Of a DNA stretch of 28,488 bases, positions 19,238-28,488 are shown piece by piece (the first letter of the stretch is position 1; the number at the start of each line of letters is the position of its first letter). The stretch is from NCBI GenBank assembly GCA_963765895.1, contig CAVXZB010000044.1, positions 1 to 28,488 of the forward strand, read 5' to 3'. This DNA comes from an uncultured Nitrososphaeraceae archaeon. Lineage in GTDB: Archaea > Thermoproteota > Nitrososphaeria > Nitrososphaerales > Nitrososphaeraceae. The notes under the pieces were generated by a model that saw only the letters and a list, made by a program, of their open reading frames with translations, did not search any database and was not told the DNA's origin. Made by a program: the position numbers and the translations under genes.

Positions 19238-19805
19238 ATGAATTTACTTCTCGGGCTTCAAGAATACATATCTTCTATTGGTTCTAAGAAAAGGATAGAG
19301 TTATTGAGATACTATGTAAACCCAAAGTCGGGTGATGTTATATTAGATATTGGAGGAAATACTGGCAAAATATCAGCAGCTTATTCACAAAATAATTGTA
19401 AAGAGATTATTGTGTTAGAGCCCAAAAATAAATATGTAGAATACGGAATACGGAAGAATACATCGACCATTTATTAGATTCATAGTAGGTGGTGCTGAGA
19501 GCATACCTTTGCCTCATGAATACTTTGACATTGTTGTGGCTTGCTTTTCATTCCATCATTTCAAAGATCAAAATAAGGCTCTAGAAGAAATGAAAAGAGT
19601 GTTAAAGCCGGATGGAAGATTAATTATTTTCGAAAGCAATCCGACTACAAGAAGAGGTAAGACGCTAGAGCTCATTGAAAACTTACTACACACAGATGCA
19701 AAGTTCTATGAACCATTTCAATTGAAGAAGTTGGCCGAGAAACACAATCTAGATATAATATCCATAGAATCTGTATCGTTAGGTTATTTTTTGATCGCTA
19801 CTTAG
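19238..19805 (+). pseudogene. Class I SAM-dependent methyltransferase split by a 7-bp duplication
   Basis: ILDIGGNTG and FHHF...EMKRVLKPDG. Removing one ATACGGA (19441-19454) restores EYGRIHRPFIRFIVGGAESIPLPHEYFD. Confidence 0.9.
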
Positions 19806-19930
19806 GGAAGAACAGAATAGCTCTATATTAAGAAGAAAAGTTAGCTGGTTGGGAGTCTACCTGTAATGTATTGCCTTGTGTCTTAATTAGGATGCGAGTC
19901 TATATTACAAGATGAATTATGTGTGTGGTA

Positions 19931-20012
19931 TCTCTTTTTCTACATCCTTCACTCGTTTATCAAGTTATAACTTTTGGAAATTTAGCGGTAAATCTATCTA
20001 AAATGATTAGGA
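19931..20012 (-). pseudogene. DUF72 fragment, copy 1, middle piece
   Basis: HFR/FTAKFPKVIT/DKRVKDVEKE; DNA closely matches 24060-24128. Confidence 0.8.
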
Positions 20013-20151
20013 TTATGAAATTTGTGTTGATTTAAGTTAATGATAATAACATTCTATTAAATCACAAATGATTGACATAACTTGTGATAAAATCTATATA
20101 ACTCTAATATAGTTAGCCGGTGTCGATTAATATGTGAGGTAAGGCGGCACT

Positions 20152-20376
20152 TTGTCAACCCCAAACAAGAATGAAGAAGCAATCACGAGGGTAAAACATT
20201 TAGTATATAGCTCTAGTGATGCGGTTGTTTAGACTGGGGCAATCGATACACTAGCAACTTTCGGAGAGCCGGCGATTGACGCCATAAACGAGATTATCGA
20301 CCTATCTAGTATAAGCGATGGTGTAAAGGAACATGGACTGAAAACTATCAAGTATATCAAGGAAAATTCAAGGTAG
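20152..20376 (+). pseudogene. Small HEAT-like helical-repeat protein with one in-frame TAG
   Basis: MSTPNKNEEAITRVKHLVYSSSDAVV*TGAIDTLATFGEPAIDAINEIIDLSSISDGVKEHGLKTIKYIKENSR; TAG at 20230-20232; GAGGT upstream. Confidence 0.7.
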
Positions 20377-20501
20377 CTGTAGTGTCTTTGGCTTGTAGCC
20401 ATAAATAACGGTAATAAAAGGGGTAGTGAAACTCTTTAGCTTACCTATATTACCCCTGAATCCATTTCAGAGCTTTAGCCCATTATTTTTAATCTTAATA
20501 G

Positions 20502-20522
20502 TATAATCTATAATCTATAATC
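20502..20522 (+). repeat. Tandem repeat (TATAATC)x3
   Basis: Directly visible. Confidence 0.8.
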
Positions 20523-20732
20523 TAACACTATTATCATTATGGCTGAGATATCAACCAGTCTCCGCACAGAACGTCGTTACCGATGGAATACAGTGTTATT
20601 AAAAGAAAAAGGTTAGGCTATTGTTCTCGTGTAGCCCTACAAGAAAAAAGAGGAGATTAGTCTCATAAGTGGCTTTACCCTATGTGTAACTTATTTTCAG
20701 ATGGTGGATCCTTCTCAGCAAGTCCCTGTAGC

Positions 20733-20788
20733 TGGTCCTTGCCAGGCTGAGTGACTCCATCCAGAGCAGCCACAGTAACTATATGCAA
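20733..20788 (-). pseudogene. DUF72 fragment, copy 1, N-terminal piece
   Basis: GCSGWSHSAWQGP; DNA closely matches 24268-24304. Confidence 0.8.
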
Positions 20789-21204
20789 GTTTATTTGGAT
20801 GGCGAATTAGAAAAATGTGTCTATAATATATTTGGAGAATATATATGAATTTGATACCGTCATCTATCTAATACTCAAAACCAATTTCCACCAGTCGATA
20901 AATTATGTGTCATCAGCCACTGGTTAGAATTCAATCCCATCATATTGGTGGATTGTTGGGACTGAATCTAATACACAGCATCGCCAGCGACAACACGAAT
21001 ACGACTCGTTAAGTATCTATCGTTAACCGACCTTATAGGTCTTTATTTTGTCTATAAATGGTAGTTAATTTAATTAAATCGAATTCAGTAAATCCGTAAT
21101 CTGAATTGGCTCGAGTTATTGAACTGCTGAAACCTTCTACATGTGATTAGACAAGAGCAAGACAATAACTACTTAAACTGGAGTAGTTTGTATAGGAAAG
21201 GCAT

Positions 21205-21992
21205 ATGTGGACTGGTGGGGCCAGTTATGAATCCTACATAGGCCGGTGGAGCAGACTAGTCGCTCGGCAGTTTGTGCCCTGGCTTAACATTTCATTAGGT
21301 GCTCAGTGGTTAGATATTGGATGTGGGACAGGAACCCTTATTCACACTATTCTTAATACTATGTCACCTAGAGCTGTGCTGGGAATTGACTCTTCAGAAG
21401 GATATATTGAGTTTGCTCGCAAGCACATCCAGGATCCGCGCGTAGCTTTTCGACTAGGTCATGCACATGGAATCCCAGTTAAGTCAGTCGCATATGATGC
21501 AGTTGTTTCAGGATTAGTGCTCAATTTTATTCCTAAACCAAGTAAAGCGCTAAGCGAGATGATCCGAGCTGTGCGTATGGGCGGAATTGTTGCAGCATAT
21601 GTATGGGATTATGCAGACAAGATGCAACTTATTCGCTACTTTTGGAATGTTGCAAGTGGCACTTGACGAGACAGCGAGCATTATCTTTAGATGAAGGATA
21701 ATACTTTCCTCTATGTCAGCCAGAACCTCTTAGACAATTGTTTTAGACTAAACAACTGGGAAAGGTAGAAGTCAGCTCAATTGATGTTCTTACTACATTC
21801 CGCGATTTCGATGACTACTGGTCTCCATTTCTTGGTGACCAAGGTCCTGCCCCTAGCTACGCTATGTCGCTTTCTGAGGAACGAAGAGTTTCCCTTAGGG
21901 AACATATTAGGCTAACACTTCCCATTGCTGATGATGGATCAATTAATCTTATCGCTCGTGCTTGGGCCATCTGTGGAGTGCGACAGAACTAG
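21205..21992 (+). pseudogene. Class I SAM-dependent methyltransferase, disrupted
   Basis: YESYIGRWSR, WLDIGCGTG, AAYVWDY. It continues out of frame with stops through FDDYWSPFL..QGPAPSY...LIARAWA to TAG at 21990-21992. Confidence 0.9.
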
Positions 21993-22212
21993 AAAATCTA
22001 CCACCACCACATATTATTACTATAGTATTGCGGATTGGAAAGTAATAGCGATAGTGGAAAAAGGAATACCTTACAACTTCACAGCATTGCAAGATCTGAT
22101 CAGCAAACAATGTTATCTGCAGGATAGTAGTTTGTTCAACTAGTAGATACTACTTCATAATGATAAAACTCTCAATGCTACTATATAATGACATTATTAA
22201 CTATAGTTGATC

Positions 22213-22759
22213 TCATTTCAAAAAATCTGATAGACTAGTTTGTTTTATGTTACCAGATGATGCTCTATCTTTGGTATGTCACACTTCACTATTCCATGTC
22301 ACTTCTGACAAATCCAACATTTTTCTGAATGTGTTAGCGGTTCCGGGACCGAACCCGGCATAGTGATTGTTTGCAGCTACAATTGCTAGGTTTAGTTTAT
22401 CTCACTGTCCTCATCTGACTCTCTTTAGAAATCAAGCTCATTTTTTCATTTCCGAGATTCTATCTTTTTGTATCTTGCCAAAATCTTTTTTTGTATGATC
22501 CTATCTCCAATGAATCTTATGTATAGAAAGTCTGTTGTAACTATTGGAGTTCTTATTCCAGCAAGTTGACTCCAGACCTTACCATAAGCATATTGGTATT
22601 TGCAAAAAACTATAAGCCAAATTCTGAAACCAAGAAGTATCTCTAACTTCTACTGCATATCTGAATCTCATCTAATTTAGATATGATATTTGTTAGACGA
22701 TTCATACCTTTAACTATACCCATATCTAGGGCGATAACTGTATCTAAAAGTATCGTCAA
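22213..22759 (-). pseudogene. DUF72 fragment, copy 2, C-terminal half
   Basis: IQLSP*/MGIV...RFRYAVEVR..SWF...WSQL...VTTDFLYIRFIGDR...FGKIQKDR...AANNHYAGFGPGTANTFRKM...KQTSLSDFLK*, with stops and frameshifts. Confidence 0.9.
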
Positions 22760-22865
22760 ATACAGTAGAACAAGTGAGCAAATTCAGAGTGACACATTCA
22801 GTAACAACTCCTTTAATACTAATAGTTAGCTATCTAATTTGGCATAAAGACTGTGCTATTAAAAG

Positions 22866-23905
22866 ATGGCTAGTAATGTAAAATTCAATACTAGACAACT
22901 TGTAGAAAGTGACTTGCCAGCAGCTGATAACATGCGTCGTTTGGCTTTTGGCACTTTCTTGGGACTACCAGATCCAATGACATTTTCTGATGATGCTGAC
23001 AATGTAAAGACAAGATTCTTAGCAGATCCAACTTCGACATTAGCAGCTGAATCTGCCAATGGTCAACTTGTGGGTTTTAATTTTGTTACAAATTGGGGAA
23101 GTGTTTGATATTTTGGACCATTGGTTGTCCATCCTGACTATTGGGATCAAGGCGTAGCTAAGCAATTACTTGAGCCAACAATGAATATTTTTGATAAGAA
23201 ATGGCATACAAAACATGCAGGTTTATTTACATTTGCTCAGAGTGCAAAACATGTGGGGCTTTACCAGAAGTTTGGCTTTTGGCCTCGTTTTCTTACTATG
23301 GTAATGTCAAAACCTACATGGCCAGTAGAAGAAGAACAAGAACAACAACCACAACAGAGAAAAATTAATACTAATATAAGTTCATTTCATTGGTCTACAT
23401 TTTCTGAAATACCAAAACATAAACATGAACAAACGTTGGATAGGTGCAGGTTATTAACAAATAGTGTGTATGATGGATTAGATTTAAAACATGAAATTAT
23501 TGCTGTTAATAACCAGAATCTAGGAGATCCAATATTGCTTTATATAAACAGCAATGATAATACAGCAATTAAAGATAATGACAACAATTTGGTAAGTTTT
23601 GCTGTTTGTCATTGTGGAGCCGGCTCTGAAGCTGGAAGCGGTGTCTGTTAATCAAGTTTGGAATAGTATTATCAGACAATAATTCCCAAGAGAATTTCAG
23701 AACCCTGTTAAATGCAACTTCACTATTGGCTAAGGATAGCAGACTATCTAGAATTGTAGCTGGAGTTAATACAGAACGTAGTGAAGCTTATCATTATATG
23801 GTAGTATGTGGATTTCGCACTGACATGCAAGGAATAGCAATGCATAGGCCTAACGAATCAGGCTATAATCGCTCTGATGTATATTTGATAGATGACTGGC
23901 GATAG
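22866..23905 (+). pseudogene. GNAT-family N-acetyltransferase (two-domain), disrupted
   Basis: NWGSV*YFGPLVVHPDYWDQGVAKQLL (in-frame TGA at 23106-23108), HVGLYQKFGF; frameshift at ~23648; ends GYNRSDVYLIDDWR*. Confidence 0.9.
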
Positions 23906-23932
23906 TAATAAAATAATAATAGCAATAATAGC

Positions 23933-24319
23933 AAATCTGGGTATGATATCCCTCAAATAATTCGTGTCCTCAACTATGCCCATCGAGGGTGGCAATTGTA
24001 TCAATAATACCAAGGTCTTGTCTTTAAGGTAACTCATAGAAAAAAAGAACAATTCTAGTTTCTTTTACATCCTTCAGTCTTTTATCATGAGTTATAACTT
24101 TGGAAACTTAGCGGTAAATCTAAAATGTGCGGGAGTCTTTTTGCACCAGTTCTTTACCATAAATGCATTAGGAATTCTGTAAAAAGAAGAATCAATTTCT
24201 ACATAACTACACACTTGGGAATAGTAACTTAATCATCTGGATTTCGTTAGATTGAAAGGATAAAATAGTCCTAGCCAGGCTGAATAACTCTATCCAGAGC
24301 AGCCGATATGGTATTGCAA
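23933..24319 (-). pseudogene. DUF72 fragment, copy 2, N-terminal half
   Basis: LQYHIGCSG*SYSAWLGLFYP...YVEIDSSFYRIP...WCKKTPAHFRFTAKFPK/ITHDKRLKDV...LLIQLPPSMGIV. Confidence 0.9.
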
Positions 24320-24370
24320 ATATTACAACAAATTTAAAGTCCTTTATACAACTCTCTTCTATCTAAAATA

Positions 24371-24793
24371 ATGAAAAGATATGCGAAAGCCTCTTCATTT
24401 GAAAAAGTTGTTACGATATTAATTCTTGATGATGAATTTGATCTTGTAACAATTTTAAAACATGGCTTAGAAAGGAAAGGCTTTCGTGTGTTTTCTTTTA
24501 CAGATCCTTTTTTGACATTAGAACACTTTAAAATAAACGCTTTTAATTGTAATCTAGTTATTTCGGATCTAAGAATGCCGGGAATGAACGGATTTGAATT
24601 TTTAACTAAAGTCAGAGAAATTAGATCAGATATCATGATGTTTCTAATGACGGCGTTTGAAGTTAGTGATATGCAATCATCAGTTGCTATATCCTCGCTT
24701 AAGATAAATGAATTTATAGTAAAGCCATTTTCGATTCATAATCTAAATGTGATTATAGATAAATATGTATCATTAAAAAATAATAATAGCTGA
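24371..24793 (+). CDS. Stand-alone response-regulator receiver (canonical)
   Basis: ILILDDE, ISDLRMPGMNGFE, LMTAF, IVKPF. Confidence 0.9.
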   Translation: MKRYAKASSFEKVVTILILDDEFDLVTILKHGLERKGFRVFSFTDPFLTLEHFKINAFNCNLVISDLRMPGMNGFEFLTKVREIRSDIMMFLMTAFEVSDMQSSVAISSLKINEFIVKPFSIHNLNVIIDKYVSLKNNNS

Positions 24794-24843
24794 GATCAGT
24801 CTTCATTTTCCTCTAAAAACCTTCTGCAACTACTCTTTCACTA

Positions 24844-25239
24844 TTACGAATTTTTAACAAGTAAAAGCATACTTATCTTGCCAAGTATAGTCTCTGCGCT
24901 GACTGGTTTTATTAAGAAATCATCTGCGCCGTATTCTAGAATAATATTTCTTGCACTATCATCATTTGCAACTACTAATATCTTGATATTAAGGTCAATC
25001 TGTTTAATTTTGGATATTAACATTGCACCTTCATCAGTTGCTATTATGCCATTGATATAAACCACATCTACTTGATTATGCATTTCTTCTATTTGTTCCA
25101 AGCATCTTATCGCGCTAAAAGCCGTGTAGGTCTCATATCTGTTTAACCTACAGATTGCAGTAATAAGTGAATTAATCTCTGTATCATCCTCCACAATTAT
25201 TATTTTAGGTGCTTGGATTGTCATATTGGATATAGTCAT
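24844..25239 (-). CDS. Stand-alone receiver-like protein lacking the phospho-acceptor Asp
   Basis: IIIVEDD and GADDFLIKPV are present; beta3 ends VVYIN (Asn at the Asp position). Confidence 0.85.
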   Translation of the reverse strand: MTISNMTIQAPKIIIVEDDTEINSLITAICRLNRYETYTAFSAIRCLEQIEEMHNQVDVVYINGIIATDEGAMLISKIKQIDLNIKILVVANDDSARNIILEYGADDFLIKPVSAETILGKISMLLLVKNS

Positions 25240-25412
25240 ATAGTCATATTCTCTCTTATTATATGGTTAGCAAGCAAGCAAGCATTCTCGGTAAATGACA
25301 TTATATCGAATTTGTTTTTGGTCCAATGGGGAGAGGACATAACAAGGATTATTGTTTTTTACATTTGCATTTACTAGCGTCTATATCACAATAAGAGTTT
25401 GTTGGCCATTCA

Positions 25413-25991
25413 TTATTGAGAAAGCACAGTTATTTTTATATGGTGTGTTTTTAATAAATTGCTCTTCTCATGTTCTTCAAATCTGTCAAAATCTTTTTTA
25501 TGGTAGTTGCAGAATCTTTTCAATTTGGTATCAAATTTTGATCCCAGTGATCTCTCAAATTCTATTACTATATTCTTTTTATCGTTTTGCGGATGATGGA
25601 AAAATACACCCATATCTGCAAGTACCGAAATACCATTTTTACCTCGTTTTTCTTGGTGCTTATCAAATATCTTAATAAAGAATAGAAAATCATTTGCAGA
25701 ACCAAAGTATGTTTTTGTTATGTCTTGGACTATCATTAATGACCTTTCTTTTTCATATTTTTCTGTATCGATACCAATCTCTTTCAAGGTTTGTCTAACG
25801 CCATCAATAGTCTCATAATATGTAAGTAACAAAATTATTTCATTATTTTCAAGTGCAGTTTTGCAATACCTAGAGTAAATCTCTCTAAATGAATATTGGT
25901 TAGGATATATTAGCACAATATGATCTCCATATGTTATTGTTGCTAGTTGCTCTACAATTTCTGAAGAAGTGCCAGTTACCTCAATATCCAT
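25413..25991 (-). CDS. Stand-alone MEDS (DcmR-like sensory) domain protein
   Basis: GDHIVLIYP...YSRYCKTALENNE...GISVLADMGVFF...IEFE...FCNYH..DF......LLKTH. Confidence 0.85.
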   Translation of the reverse strand: MDIEVTGTSSEIVEQLATITYGDHIVLIYPNQYSFREIYSRYCKTALENNEIILLLTYYETIDGVRQTLKEIGIDTEKYEKERSLMIVQDITKTYFGSANDFLFFIKIFDKHQEKRGKNGISVLADMGVFFHHPQNDKKNIVIEFERSLGSKFDTKLKRFCNYHKKDFDRFEEHEKSNLLKTHHIKITVLSQ

Positions 25992-26808
25992 AGATGATGC
26001 GATTCAAATGTAAATGCACTATATGTTAATTAATGATTGGCAGTTGATGCTGACTGACCGACTCACTCACTCCCTCACTGCTTTTACAAACGTCACTGCC
26101 CAACTAAGACTTTTTGTTCTGCCCCAATCATTACTTGTCCCGTCTGCCTCACTTAAATCATATTTATCTTCTTTAAGAACTGTCTATTGCCAAAATTATA
26201 TCAAAGGATGGTAAAAGAAGCCGCTGGCACTGTAACCGACTTGCTCAGAGGGATTGATTACGGTAGATATGCCAATTGCAGTGGACAAATCACCAGTGAC
26301 AGTAATTGTGTGTCTTCCAAAAGGGGTGTGTGGAAGAGTATTCTATCACAACTTAACAATGTTATCCAAGGTATAACAAGTAGGAGTGGGTATGTATTAC
26401 CCGCGATTTATCACATGGCCATGCTAGTGCAAGTCCAGTAATATCCGGTTCATTCATTCTGGACTCATAGCCGTCTCTTTATAGGACTAATAAAACTGGT
26501 CTAATGACTTGACATGATTTGTTAGTAGAATTAGGCAGTAGCCGTTCAAATAGGATTTAGTCATAATATGGTTGCTCTTACGAGTCTGCCTTTAATATCT
26601 ACAACTGCCAGAGGAAGTAGAACCAACATTCGATGCCAGAAGCAACCATACTAACTAGGTCTGAGAGGCCCCTCAGGCTTTCTTTATTTCTAGGGCTGTT
26701 GTTGATACAGGGAAACGATGGATTAATATGACTCTTGGAGTTAATTGCACTTTGATACTCTATTTTCAAGACCTGATCTTAAAATGTTCGTTGATTAATA
26801 ATCATCTG

Positions 26809-27506
26809 TTAACGCACTCCTAAACACCTATCTATGAATTGGTCTACTTCATGATTCTGTCCTCTCTGCACTTTACTTAGCCATGCAATCTGGATGGCAT
26901 CATAGCAACCACTGCTTAGACTATGTGAGCCATGCTGCTATTATGGATCACGTTATGTATGTTTATGAAAATGTCTTTAGTGCATACACCATGTTTTGGA
27001 AAGAATCCTGATGGACAATGAATTGGTGTCGGAGAACATTTACCGCCTTCGTCATTGTCATGTCTACCAAAGCCTGATGGACATTTGCCACTTGGAAAAC
27101 AGTTACCCTTATCATTATGACCAAATCCTGGAGGACAATTACCAGCATTATCTGGCTTACACTTATCTGAATTAGGATTAAATGCACATTCTTTACCCGG
27201 CTGAGGACCACCTCCTTCAGGTATCATGCAAGTCGGCTTATCGCCACTGCTACCACCACCACAGTCTTGCGGTCCTGTTGGTGTTATTGGTTCTGTTGGC
27301 TCCTGTACGTTTTCAGGTGTTGTTCCAGTATTTGGATCGCGAGGACGCGATTCCTTTGTATCTCCACTACCATCGCTGCTACCCTCTCCGCTATCACTTG
27401 AACCACCGCTATTACCACTATCACTTCGACTCCCACTGCTGCCACTGCTGCCACTGTCGCCACTACCGCTATCGCTACTCTTACTCTTATCTGAATCTGC
27501 CTCCAA
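26809..27506 (-). pseudogene. Ser/Gly-rich, CPxG-repeat Cys-rich protein lacking its N-terminus, with a 3' frameshift
   Basis: Domain paralogous to 6719-7072; no signal peptide. After a frameshift at ~26933 it reads HGSHSLSSGCYDAIQIAWLSKVQRGQNHEVDQFIDRCLGVR*. Confidence 0.8.
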
Positions 27507-27923
27507 TTATTACTGGTATTGGGAATGCATAATTTGGAGCATTTGCTCACAAGTGCGCCTGATTTCCGATTACAAATTTTACAAAAAGACTTCCAAGTAA
27601 GGCACCTATATCTCTGTCGAAAAATAATATAATAACTGGATCCTTGTTATGTGTTTAGTAATAAGAAATCCTACTGTAACTGCAGGATTAAAATGAGCCA
27701 TAGATATTTTTCCAAACAAGTAGACTCCTACAGCAACTCCAATAAATGGAGCAAATGCAATGAAAGGTATACCTAATCTTCCATTTAACTTGGCATCAAT
27801 TAATTACTACAGAACCGGTTGCAAGAACTACTACAATGAATGTGCAATAATTTCTGCAAAAAAACTTTTTTGATTGGGAGTTAGTCTGCTAGTTATCTTT
27901 GTAAGTAAGGTTTTCTGCTCCAA
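27503..27923 (-). pseudogene. Aquaporin (MIP family) N-terminal half, probably arsenic-related
   Basis: FFAEII./TFIVV...ISMAHFNPAVT...GALLGS; three frameshifts and one stop; the second NPA half is missing; lies directly downstream of arsC. Confidence 0.88.
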
Positions 27924-27991
27924 TCTGAATCACACATTTAATCATCTCATAAGTCAGTCTGGTCTATCACATTGATAATGAAGATGAGGAG

Positions 27992-28448
27992 CTATTGGTT
28001 AGCGTCTCTATCTATGTTTGCAGTCAATTCTTTTACTCTCTGTTCAATCTCATCCCTGATCTCTCTGACTTTTTCTATTGGCTTATCTCGGGGGTCTTCT
28101 ATTCCCAAATCTATCAGATTAGAAACGAACGCGGTAGGACACCAATCCTTTTCCATACACCCCATGTTCACGATCTTGGTAAAGTTTCTCATCATGTCTT
28201 CAGTGATATCTTTAGGTCTTTGCTTACTGATGTCAATCCCTACTTCTTTCATAACTTGAATTGCAGTTGGATTTACTTCTGAAGTAGGCTTGGTTCCAGC
28301 ACTTAATGGTTCATAATCTTCTGGAGCAATACTTTCTAAAAACGCTTCCGCCATCTGACTACGGCATGCATTCTGGATGCATACAAAAAGAATTAATTGT
28401 TTGCTTTTCTTTAGATTTGCTCTTATTTATGCCAAATGAGAATTTCAT
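27992..28448 (-). pseudogene. arsC: Arsenate reductase (LMW-PTPase fold), frameshifted by an AATT duplication
   Basis: P-loop ILFVCIQNACRSQMAE lies upstream of the tracked ATG. Removing one AATT at 28391-28398 joins it to ATG 28448 (MKFSFGINKSKSKEKQTILFVC). Downstream: SAGT, MGCMEKDWCP, EDP, IRDEI. Confidence 0.85.
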
Positions 28449-28488
28449 GACTCTATTCCCTCATGTCTTGACTGCCTTTATTACCATA

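Noticed and set aside
20929-20967. Hairpin ATTCAATCCCA...TGGGACTGAAT
   Set aside because: Single occurrence with no RNA-family features; could be chance.
2590-23108. In-frame stops as evidence of recoding or readthrough
   Set aside because: The stops are of all three types and mostly co-occur with frameshifts and deletions, which fits pseudogenisation.
19931-24310. Dispersed repeats (19931-20005 vs 24060-24128; 20735-20771 vs 24268-24304), first taken for MITE ends or ncRNA
   Set aside because: They translate on the minus strand as DUF72 segments (RFTAKFPK, GCSGWS), so they are gene fragments.
5106-25675. Antisense or alternative-frame ORFs at 5106, 6909, 7431, 7826, 10808, 13379, 14096, 14788, 17003, 17221, 17770, 21925, 22859, 24334, 24878 and 25352
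   Set aside because: Each overlaps a better-supported gene or pseudogene and lacks recognisable motifs.
26014-26800. ORFs 26014 and 26187, and a minus-strand stretch reading PHTPFGRHTITVTGD (Ig-like?)
   Set aside because: Too short and too interrupted to assign.
26963-28282. Several overlapping ORFs (26963, 27182, 27226, 27284, 27972, 27995)
   Set aside because: Shadow frames of the Ser/Gly-rich gene, the aquaporin remnant and arsC.
1-28488. CRISPR array, IS/transposase, integrase, rRNA/tRNA
   Set aside because: No regularly spaced repeat-spacer units, transposase or recombinase motifs, or full RNA structures were seen by eye.

Overview
AT-rich archaeal DNA. The gene repertoire suggests a soil ammonia-oxidising archaeon (Nitrososphaeraceae); this is inferred from archaeal Pth2, a DUF6775-type protein, stand-alone REC and MEDS domains, F420-type PPOX proteins and small Cys-rich secreted proteins. 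The window is a decaying plasticity zone. (i) 1-3430 is the remnant of a plasmid/integrative-element replication module: a divergent wHTH regulator, an RHH protein, two Zn-finger microproteins and a broken AAA+/MCM-like ATPase-wHTH gene with two copies of an 11-6-11 palindrome. (ii) 3780-11070 holds a probable hsdR-ygjP remnant, a PPOX gene and many small secreted proteins, three adjacent ones broken right after their signal peptides. (iii) 12050-14370 has intact DUF6775-like, pth2, padR and DUF5320-like genes with a visible operator pair. (iv) 16000-24320 has five minus-strand DUF72 fragments in gene order (about two gene copies), interleaved with plus-strand cargo genes (ADH, nitronate monooxygenase, methyltransferases, GNAT, HEAT-like protein). 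(v) 24370-28450 has REC/REC/MEDS genes, a Cys-rich protein remnant fused to a truncated aquaporin, and a frameshifted arsC. I saw no rRNA, intact tRNA, CRISPR array, integrase or transposase. All family calls are by motif recognition only; no searches were run.
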